Of a DNA stretch of 64,000 nucleotides, positions 53,368-60,996 are shown piece by piece. Source of the stretch: a virus (lineage: Duplodnaviria; Caudoviricetes). The notes under the pieces were generated by a model. That model was not told the origin of the DNA, ran no database searches, and saw nothing but the letters and a program-made list of their open reading frames with translations. The number at the start of each line of letters is the position of its first letter. Position 1 is the first letter of the stretch. A program made the translations under genes and the position numbers. The stretch lies in IMG/VR virus record IMGVR_UViG_2827231811_000003, positions 930-64,929 of that record. One strand, written 5' to 3'.

Positions 53368-54431
53368 CCACAACAGCCATGGCCACCCGCCCCGGCAACC
53401 CGGACCGCGACAACGAGGACTGGACCGACTCCGACCCCGACAACGGTGTCGCCGTCGTGCTCGACGGCGTCTCCGCGCCCGTCGACACCGGCTGCGAACA
53501 CGGCGTCGCCTGGTACGTGAACCAGCTCGGACCAGCACTGATGCAGAGCGCCGCCGACCCCGGAACGAGCCTCGCCACGGCACTGGCCGACGCCATCGAC
53601 CACGTCGCCGACCTCCACCCCGGCTGCCAGCTCGACAACCCGGCCACCCCCGCGGCCGCCGTCGGCATCGCCCGCCAACGCGGCAACTGGCTCGACTGGC
53701 TCGTGCTCGCCGACATCACCCTCGTGCTGCACCGCACCGACCGGGTCGACGTCGTCTCCGACCACCGCGTGGACCACGCGCTCGATCCGAACCTGCTCAA
53801 CGCCGCCCTGGCGGCCACGCTCGGCACCGACGAGCACGCCGCCGCGGTGGCAGACATGGCCTCCGACCAGCTCAAACGCCGCAACGTCCACGGTGGCTAC
53901 TGGGTCGCCAGCTCCGACCGCACCGTCGCGCGCTACGCCCTCACCGGCCGCGTCCGCGCCGACCAGGTCCACAGCGCGACCCTCATGAGCGACGGCGCCA
54001 GCTGCCTGGTGAACACCTACAACGCCGCCACCTGGGACGACGTCGTGACGATCGTGGAACGCGACGGGCCTGACGCCCTGATCAACCACGTTCGCGACGT
54101 CGAGGCCGCCGACCCGGACGGAACACGGTGGCCCAGATTCAAGCCCAGCGACGACGCCGCGGTGAACTGCCTGCGACCCCACGACACGGAGGACGACGTG
54201 ACCAGCGACTGCATACCGACCCCGCGCACGCACTGGAAGGCGTTCGCCTACGAGATCGAGCCCGGCATCCGAGTGCGGTCCCGCGGCAGCGACAGGCTCG
54301 TGGCCAGCGCCGCGACCAGCGACGACGGGAACATCGAAGTGCTGTTCGCTGACGACGGACCGCCCCGCGTGCTCCGGCGCAACCAGATGGTGAGCGTGGT
54401 CGTCGACGGCGGAGCTCCGAACCGCGACTGA
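53364..54431 (+). CDS. PP2C-like phosphatase family protein with C-terminal extension
   Basis: NED, VVLDG, LMSDG and KPSDDA motifs; possible nested start at 54198. Confidence 0.7.
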   Translation: MTTTAMATRPGNPDRDNEDWTDSDPDNGVAVVLDGVSAPVDTGCEHGVAWYVNQLGPALMQSAADPGTSLATALADAIDHVADLHPGCQLDNPATPAAAVGIARQRGNWLDWLVLADITLVLHRTDRVDVVSDHRVDHALDPNLLNAALAATLGTDEHAAAVADMASDQLKRRNVHGGYWVASSDRTVARYALTGRVRADQVHSATLMSDGASCLVNTYNAATWDDVVTIVERDGPDALINHVRDVEAADPDGTRWPRFKPSDDAAVNCLRPHDTEDDVTSDCIPTPRTHWKAFAYEIEPGIRVRSRGSDRLVASAATSDDGNIEVLFADDGPPRVLRRNQMVSVVVDGGAPNRD

Positions 54432-54517
54432 CCCAGACGAAAAAGGCCCCGTGAGGCTTCCACGGCCAAGCGAACACCTCACGGGGCACTACTCCCGGAT
54501 GAAGGAGAGCAGTACCA

Positions 54518-54799
54518 GTGTCCCCCATGCACAGGGCCGACGTCTGCCGTCGGTGCGGCAGACGTTTCACGAATCACCATCGACACCACGGCCGCGGCCT
54601 CGACAACGCCTGTTGGACAGCCGCCGTCGCACGTGGCGAACTCGACCAATATCCGCAGGTCCGGCGCCGAATCGACCCCGACGAGCTGGACAAACTTGAG
54701 TCCCAGCAGCTCGACACAGCGACGATCGCGCTCCGCCTCGGCTTCACCACCACGGCGATCCGTCAGCGCCGCTCCAGGAGGCGCAGGGCCAGCCAATGA
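54518..54799 (+). CDS. Small HTH/Zn protein
   Basis: CRRC..H..C and TATIALRLGFTTTAIRQRR; CCCGGATGAAGGAG upstream. Confidence 0.55.
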   Translation: MSPMHRADVCRRCGRRFTNHHRHHGRGLDNACWTAAVARGELDQYPQVRRRIDPDELDKLESQQLDTATIALRLGFTTTAIRQRRSRRRRASQ

Positions 54800-55563
54800 T
54801 GGGCAGCAACCACGCGCTGTCCGGACTCGCCGCAGGGCTCGCCCTCGCCCCCGCCGTCGGGCTCACCGAGCCGACGCAGGTCATCCCGTTCTCGCTGAAC
54901 GTCGCCGGCTACGCCGTGTTCCCCGATCTCGACCACCCATCGTCTTCGGCCACACGCGTGCTCGGCTGGGTCGGCGAGAAGGTCTCGAACACGCTCCGCG
55001 CCACCTCCGCGTGGGTCTACGAGCGCACGAAGGGCAGCCGCGATGAACCCACTGGGGTTCACCGGCACCTGTCGCACACCTGGATATTTGCGCTGGTCGT
55101 GGGCGGAATCGCCACCGGACTCACGTTCATCACGCCGTGGGCCGCGCTCGCCGTATACCTCGTCGGCGCGATCCTGGCCGCCGACCGGCTCGGCGACTGG
55201 GTCGCCGTCCCCGCGGCCGGCGGCGCCGCGGCCGCCGGCATGGTGATGCTGGACGACCCGACCGCGCTCAGCTGGCAACTCGGCGCCGCCGTCGCCGCGG
55301 GGTGCATCGTGCACACGCTCGGCGATGCGCTCACCGTCTCCGGCTGCCCATTCCTGTTCGGCCTGCTGCCGTTCGAGATCCGCGGCGAGACCTGGTGGGA
55401 GATCCGCCTGCTCGGCCCGCTGTCGTTCCGCACGAACTCCCCGACCGAGCATCGCGTGGTGCGCCCGTTGCTGCTGGTCGCGACCGTCGTAGCGGCCTGG
55501 CCGGTCCTGCTCTCCCCGTTCCTCTCCCCCGTCCTCCAGGCATTCACGGAGATGTCCGCATGA
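54796..55563 (+). CDS. YdjM-like membrane metal-dependent hydrolase
   Basis: MGSNHALSG, PDLDH, HRHLSHT and HTLGDALT motifs. Confidence 0.8.
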   Translation: MMGSNHALSGLAAGLALAPAVGLTEPTQVIPFSLNVAGYAVFPDLDHPSSSATRVLGWVGEKVSNTLRATSAWVYERTKGSRDEPTGVHRHLSHTWIFALVVGGIATGLTFITPWAALAVYLVGAILAADRLGDWVAVPAAGGAAAAGMVMLDDPTALSWQLGAAVAAGCIVHTLGDALTVSGCPFLFGLLPFEIRGETWWEIRLLGPLSFRTNSPTEHRVVRPLLLVATVVAAWPVLLSPFLSPVLQAFTEMSA

Positions 55564-55802
55564 ACGACCACAGCTGGCGCACCCTCGCCGACCCGATGCC
55601 CGAGGTGTACAGCCCAGAACAGCGGGCCGCGATCGTGCAGGAGCTCCGCACCATCGCTATCGCCGCCCGCGAGGAAGCGAACCTGTACCGGGTCGCGCTC
55701 GACACCAGGGCGCTGCTGCTCATCACGGAGCTGAGCGAGTTCGCCGACCGGCTCATGCGGCGAGCCGCATGGTATGAACACCACATACCGACATATGAAT
55801 AA
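55560..55802 (+). CDS. Hypothetical protein
   Basis: ATGA overlap; GGAG SD. Confidence 0.5.
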   Translation: MNDHSWRTLADPMPEVYSPEQRAAIVQELRTIAIAAREEANLYRVALDTRALLLITELSEFADRLMRRAAWYEHHIPTYE

Positions 55803-55814
55803 CGCCATATACAC

Positions 55815-55870
55815 AGATGCCCAGAACAGCGCATGTCGGGATCACTCCCGATCGCGTGTTCTGGGCATCT
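55815..55870. repeat. Inverted repeat downstream of par operon (terminator and/or centromere)
   Basis: AGATGCCCAGAACA / TGTTCTGGGCATCT perfect 14 bp IR. Confidence 0.55.
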
Positions 55871-55946
55871 TGTGGTGCTGAAAGCTTCGGATGACGAAGC
55901 CGCTATATCTGGTAACCGTTCGGTCTGGTGATCTGGCTTGTGCAGG

Positions 55947-56363
55947 TCAGAGCAGTCGGCCGTCCTTGAGCATGGCGTCGTACTCCTCCTGGGTCTGCGG
56001 CACGGTGACACCCTCGCCGTCGAAGAAGTTCACCAGCGCTTGAGCGACTACGTCCTGGATGTCCATGTCGTTCTGCGCTGCGTAGGTGCGCACGATCCGC
56101 TTGAGCACGACGGGCATGTTGCAGTTGAACGAGCGCCACTCGAACGGATCGAGCTTCTTGTTCGTGCGCTTCCGGCGCCGCGGGAACCGCAGGACGTTCT
56201 CAGCGTCGCCGCTGGTCGGGGGCTGCTCTGCCGGTTCGGGTTCCTGCTGTGCCTGCTGGGCAGGAGCTGGTTCCGGCAGGGGAGCGGTGGCAGGTGTTTC
56301 CGGGTCGTCGCGCCAGGACCGGCCGGTGGCCAGCGGGCTCGGTTTCCGGTCGGCAGCCATCAA
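55947..56363 (-). CDS. ParA partner, ParG-like RHH centromere-binding protein
   Basis: Flexible N-terminus; C-terminal FNCNMPVVLKRIVRTYAAQNDMDIQDVVAQAL. Confidence 0.7.
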   Translation of the reverse strand: MMAADRKPSPLATGRSWRDDPETPATAPLPEPAPAQQAQQEPEPAEQPPTSGDAENVLRFPRRRKRTNKKLDPFEWRSFNCNMPVVLKRIVRTYAAQNDMDIQDVVAQALVNFFDGEGVTVPQTQEEYDAMLKDGRLL

Positions 56364-57196
56364 AGCGTCACCTCCGAGCGGGCCATGATGCGGTCGATGG
56401 CCCAGCCGTAGACCTCACCGGCCAGCACGCGCAGGCGAGCGTCCTTCGACTCGTCCAGCCCGACACCCGCGTTGATCTCCGTCTTGATCTTGTTCCACAA
56501 CGGCACCACCTTCGAGGTGTCCTCGGCCGACGCCCACACCTCGGCGTCCGGGAAGTGGCCGGCGATGTCGCCGAGCTTGTCCCTCTCGTCGCTGGTGCCG
56601 CGCCACTTCGAGATCAGCACGCCGGACCAGGCCAGCGACTTGTTGTTGTAGGAGCGGACCTGTTCGACCGTGTCCCGCAGCAGGGCCAGGCCCTGGGTGG
56701 ACCACCTGTCGGCCTCCATCACCACGAGGACCTGTTCGTCATCGTGCGCAGCCAGCGCGTTGACCAGCAGATATCCCAACGCCGGGGCGTTGTCGATCAG
56801 GATCAGGTCGAAGTCGGCGATCACGGGGGCCAGTGCCTCGCGCAGGCGGTACTCGCGGCCGTGCTGGGCGGCGCCGATGCGGTTCTGCGCGGTGATGAGC
56901 GTGTTCTCGTTGGTCACCGGGGCAAGCCACGTCCGGTCCCAGATCGTGTCGACGATGACGTCCTCGATGGAGATCGCGCCCTCCGGCACGATCGTGTCCG
57001 CGATCGAGACGGACGTGGGGGAGAGCGTTTCGACGCTGAGCGCGTCGGTGGTGTTGGCCTGCGGGTCCAGGTCTACGACCAGCGTTTTCAGGCCCTTAAC
57101 GGCCGCTGCGCGGGCGAGGTTGATGATGCTCGTGGTTTTGCCGACGCCGCCCTTCTGCATGGCGGCCGCGACGACGCGTGCCTGATTTTCAGGCAT
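56360..57196 (-). CDS. parA: ParA partition ATPase (type Ib)
   Basis: QKGGVGKTT, DLDPQAN and LILIDNAP motifs; no N-terminal HTH. Confidence 0.92.
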   Translation of the reverse strand: MPENQARVVAAAMQKGGVGKTTSIINLARAAAVKGLKTLVVDLDPQANTTDALSVETLSPTSVSIADTIVPEGAISIEDVIVDTIWDRTWLAPVTNENTLITAQNRIGAAQHGREYRLREALAPVIADFDLILIDNAPALGYLLVNALAAHDDEQVLVVMEADRWSTQGLALLRDTVEQVRSYNNKSLAWSGVLISKWRGTSDERDKLGDIAGHFPDAEVWASAEDTSKVVPLWNKIKTEINAGVGLDESKDARLRVLAGEVYGWAIDRIMARSEVTL

Positions 57197-57223
57197 GGCA
57201 GGTCACTTCCCTTCTTGAGTTGG

Positions 57224-57412
57224 TGGGCATCTGGTGTGCGTCTCATCTTGCCGTCTGGCGGCCGTGATCACGAGATGACCCCTGTGCGTAGAACCCCAGA
57301 TGTTGAATGTTCACCACTTCGGCCTATGGCGAGAAATGCTCATCTTTCGATACGAATGCCGTGACCTGCACGTAAGTACCAATATGAAAATCTTGTCATC
57401 TTGCTATCTGGT
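57224..57412. repeat. ATCTKG repeat cluster upstream of parA (parS candidate)
   Basis: GGGCATCTGG, CATCTTG, AATCTTG and TATCTGG copies. Confidence 0.4.
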
Positions 57413-57519
57413 TACTGCTGGTCAGCTCGCGGGGAAGAGGTTCACACGATCCGGCGGCGCGCCGGTGCGAACACCCAATCGGGTGGTTTAGCGGTTCTAG
57501 TGTGGCGTTCGTGGACGAG

Positions 57520-57876
57520 ATGACATGGATGACGTTGGTGCTCGCGGTCGGCACGGCCGCGCGCATCACGAGGCTGATCACCACCGACACGATCACCGAG
57601 AGCCTGCGTCATGCCGTCCTGTTCAGTCGGCAGCAGCGCACCGCGCTCGCCGCCGGTCAGCCCGCGCCACCCGCGGCACGGCCGCGAGTCGCGAAGGTTC
57701 GAGCCATGCTCTACAAGCTCGTGACCTGCGACTGGTGCGCCGGGTTCTGGGTCAGCGTGGCCGTCGCACCACTCGTGCTCTACGCCGACACGTCGTCGCC
57801 GTGGTTCATCATCCCGGCGACCGCGCTGACCCTCAGCTACGCCGTCGGGCTGCTCGCCAGTACCGAAGCCACGTAG
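57520..57876 (+). CDS. DUF1360-family membrane protein
   Basis: ARITRLITTDTI..LVTCDWCAGFW motif. Confidence 0.7.
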   Translation: MTWMTLVLAVGTAARITRLITTDTITESLRHAVLFSRQQRTALAAGQPAPPAARPRVAKVRAMLYKLVTCDWCAGFWVSVAVAPLVLYADTSSPWFIIPATALTLSYAVGLLASTEAT

Positions 57877-58009
57877 CCCACCTGCTGATCTGCGGGTTGG
57901 CCGTAACTCACCCCTTCTGGACGGCCAGCCCGCAGCTCAGTAGCTCTCCAGCCCCCTGCACGTGCACGAAGCGCGACAAGGGGGAGACCCGCACAGCGAA
58001 AGGCACGCA

Positions 58010-58384
58010 ATGACCGTTACCTCATCACCAGCCAACGAACACGAGTCGACGATCTACCTGGCCGACCTCGCCGCGGTAATCGCGCTCGACTCCATCGGCC
58101 GGTCGCTGACCCGGACGTTGCCACGGTCGGAACGGCACCCGATGTCGCGTGTGCGCTGCACCGACACGTGGGATCGACACCGACTGTTCAACGTGCCCGA
58201 GGAGCAGGTGGACCGGCTGCTGGAGACATCAGTTCGGCCGCTGGACCACGTGATGCCGCCCGATCACTGCCTCCGCACGTCCGTCGAGGAGTACGTCCGC
58301 ACCCTGGTGCGGACCAGACGGAGACACCAGCGCAGCGACCTCGTCGAACACCTCACCCGGTCTGGCTGTCTCGCCGACGAGTGA
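58010..58384 (+). CDS. Hypothetical protein
   Basis: GAAAGG SD. Confidence 0.5.
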   Translation: MTVTSSPANEHESTIYLADLAAVIALDSIGRSLTRTLPRSERHPMSRVRCTDTWDRHRLFNVPEEQVDRLLETSVRPLDHVMPPDHCLRTSVEEYVRTLVRTRRRHQRSDLVEHLTRSGCLADE

Positions 58385-58424
58385 ATCACCGCTACGATCG
58401 GCCGCGACGCGTTGAACGTGCCGT

Positions 58425-58441
58425 CTGGCGGATCGTGGCCG
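58425..58441 (+). promoter_or_regulatory. Late-gene motif upstream of MuF/protease
   Basis: CTGGCGGATCGTGGCCG, 29 nt before the start. Confidence 0.65.
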
Positions 58442-58469
58442 GGCACCCCTGGACCCCCGGTGGTGTGCT

Positions 58470-60287
58470 GTGCCCGATCAGGCCGACGATCCGTGGCTGC
58501 CGAAGCGGCGCCGCGGCCGTATGCGGCTGATCCGCGCTGAACAGGCCATGAGCAGGGCCGCGCGGGCGGCGATGTCGAAGTTCCTCGACGCCGCCCGCGC
58601 GGCCATCCTCGGCGACACCACCCGCGCCGACGCCGGACCCGCCGACCTGCCCCCGAACGTCGACGTGTGGCCCGACCAGGCCGTGTGGAACGACGCGCTC
58701 GCGACGTGGATCGTCCCGGCCTCCGGCCAGATCTACTCCGACGGCTACTGGCAGGCCATGCCCGACGGCGCCCGCGACGAGCCGCGGCTGTCCGACCAGG
58801 ACTACGTCGACGCGCACATGCGCGACACCACCGAACGTCTCACCGGCGCAACGTGGCCCGACGAGGTGTACGAAGCCGTGCGCCGCGAAGTCGCCGACGG
58901 CCGCGACCAGCGCGAATCCATCCCCGAAGTCCGCAAACGCATCGCGAAGGTGCTGACGCTGCGGCACTGGGCCGGCTCCGCTGAGGTGATCTCGCGAACG
59001 GAGTCCATCGCCGCGCTCAACGCCGGCCACCACCAGGCCGGCAAACGTCGCCAGGAGGTGTTCGGCGAACGCCTCTTCAAGCAGTGGATCGCCACGAGCG
59101 ACGGCCGCACCCGCGACACCCACCGGGCCGCGAACGGCACCGTCGTGGCCTCCGACGACCTGTTCGTCATCGGCTCGTCCCGGCTGCGCTACCCACACGA
59201 CCCTCGAGGCCCGGCCTCCGAAACCGTCCAGTGCCGCTGCGTCCTGAACTGGGTCGACGAAACCGAGGTCGACCCCGAACAGATCCGCGACCAGCAGTTC
59301 GACCCGATCCAGACCGACAACCAGGGGAGGCCCGTCGTGGACACCACCGACGACCTGACCGCCACCGCCGCGCCCGAAGAAGTCGCCGACACCGCGGCCG
59401 CGGCGGACACGAGCACACCGGACGACCAGCCCGTAGTCGCCGACGGCGGACCGGGATGGGCCGACGCCGTCATCGCGTCCACCCCCGAACTGCCGCCAGG
59501 GGAGTGGTTCACCGACCCTGGACTGGACCAGTACGTCCGCGGCATCCGCATCACCGACGAGGGCCGGGTGTTCGGCCACATCGCCCCGTGGGACGTCGAC
59601 CACGAGTCCATGCCCGGCATCACCGCGCCCCGCCACGGCACCGCCGCCGCCTACGCCAAGTTCCACCGGCACCCGGTGATGACCGCCGACGGCGGCCGCG
59701 TGCTGACCGGGCCGCTCGCCACCGCCCGCCTCGGCGAACCCAAGGGGCATGCCGAGCTGACCGTGACGCTCCCCGACGTCATGGACCACTACGACGACCC
59801 GAGCTTCGTCGCCGCCGACGTCGTGGCCGGCGAAGACGAACACGGCATCTGGTGTGCCGGCGCGCTCCGCCCCGGCGTGACGCCGTTTCAGGTGCACATG
59901 CTGTCCCGCTACTCGATCTCCGGTGACTGGCGGAACGGCGAGCTGGTCGCGGCCTGCTCGGTCACGACGCCCGGCTTCAACAAGCCGAGCGCCGAGGCGA
60001 TCGCGGCCGCGGCCGCGGGCGACCCGTCAGGCGTGGGACAGCGCACCGCGCTGCCGTTCGAGGACCGGCCGCGGGCACAAGTCGCCGCCGACGGTCACGT
60101 GTCCGCGCTGGTCGCGGCCGGAATCGGCCACCCCGGCGACCCCGCACCGCCACCGGTCGACGGGTGGCGGCTGTACCGCGAGTTCCGGGCGGCCGAAGCC
60201 GCCGACAAGCGCATCACTGCCGCCCGACGGCGGTTGTCCAACCCCAGAGCTCTCGCCGCAGCCGCGCGAGTGAGGAAGGAGCAGTAA
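58470..60287 (+). CDS. MuF-like head morphogenesis / capsid maturation protease fusion
   Basis: KQWIATSDGRTRDTH and PHDP..ETVQCRC; C-terminal GRVFGHIAPW and GEDEHGIW. Confidence 0.8.
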   Translation: MPDQADDPWLPKRRRGRMRLIRAEQAMSRAARAAMSKFLDAARAAILGDTTRADAGPADLPPNVDVWPDQAVWNDALATWIVPASGQIYSDGYWQAMPDGARDEPRLSDQDYVDAHMRDTTERLTGATWPDEVYEAVRREVADGRDQRESIPEVRKRIAKVLTLRHWAGSAEVISRTESIAALNAGHHQAGKRRQEVFGERLFKQWIATSDGRTRDTHRAANGTVVASDDLFVIGSSRLRYPHDPRGPASETVQCRCVLNWVDETEVDPEQIRDQQFDPIQTDNQGRPVVDTTDDLTATAAPEEVADTAAAADTSTPDDQPVVADGGPGWADAVIASTPELPPGEWFTDPGLDQYVRGIRITDEGRVFGHIAPWDVDHESMPGITAPRHGTAAAYAKFHRHPVMTADGGRVLTGPLATARLGEPKGHAELTVTLPDVMDHYDDPSFVAADVVAGEDEHGIWCAGALRPGVTPFQVHMLSRYSISGDWRNGELVAACSVTTPGFNKPSAEAIAAAAAGDPSGVGQRTALPFEDRPRAQVAADGHVSALVAAGIGHPGDPAPPPVDGWRLYREFRAAEAADKRITAARRRLSNPRALAAAARVRKEQ

Positions 60288-60290
60288 GCC

Positions 60291-60494
60291 ATGGCCTGCA
60301 AGAACTGCGGAGGCAAGAAGTCCGGGGCGTCCCGCCCGCCCGCGATGACCGGCGCGGCCACCGCCCAGACCAGCGCCGACGGCCCGACCTACCGCGTCGT
60401 GCTCGCCAACGGCGCGACGATCACCGCCCGCTCCCACTGGGACGCGGTGCAGAAGCAAGCGATGTACGGCGGAGCTATCGAAGAGGTCAAGTGA
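60291..60494 (+). CDS. Small head-operon protein (MACxxCG)
   Basis: AAGGAG SD. Confidence 0.6.
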   Translation: MACKNCGGKKSGASRPPAMTGAATAQTSADGPTYRVVLANGATITARSHWDAVQKQAMYGGAIEEVK

Positions 60495-60589
60495 GCCGCC
60501 GATCCCAGAACGTCCCGCAAGGACGGCTCCGCACGCTGATCGGTCAGCGAGTCCGCGGAGCAATCACCCAGTTGAGAGAGAGGAACCCC

Positions 60590-60823
60590 ATGACCGCTCC
60601 CGCCCCGCAGAAGTACGAGGTCAGCGACATCAACGGCGAGACCTACGTGTGGTCCGGTGTGGATCCGTCGACGGTCCCGTTCGGCGTGTTCACGTGGGGC
60701 GACGGCCGCACCGGCACCGACATCGTGTGGCTGCACTGCGACGACCACTCGTTCGTCAACAGCTCGCAGGTGGTGTCTCTCAAGCCCATCAGCGACGACG
60801 ACGCCCAGCAGACCCAGCAGTAG
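60590..60823 (+). CDS. Hypothetical protein
   Basis: GAGAGG SD before ATG 60590. Confidence 0.55.
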   Translation: MTAPAPQKYEVSDINGETYVWSGVDPSTVPFGVFTWGDGRTGTDIVWLHCDDHSFVNSSQVVSLKPISDDDAQQTQQ

Positions 60824-60945
60824 ACGACCGAACGCCGACACGAGCGGAATCCCCATCTGCACAGAGTCGGCTCGCTGAGATACCCTCTCGACAAGCGTTG
60901 CCTCTGCCCAGGCATGAGGGCGAGCGACGTAGTTCAGTAGCACGT

Positions 60946-60962
60946 CTGGCGAATCGTGGCCG
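60946..60962 (+). promoter_or_regulatory. Late-gene motif upstream of major capsid
   Basis: CTGGCGAATCGTGGCCG, 35 nt before GTG 60997. Confidence 0.65.
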
Positions 60963-60996
60963 GTGCACAACCGCTCGTGTTGTGTGGAGGCCCACG

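Noticed and set aside
60649-60996. N-terminal extension of the major capsid ORF
   Set aside because: Overlaps another gene and the leader; GGAGG SD supports GTG 60997
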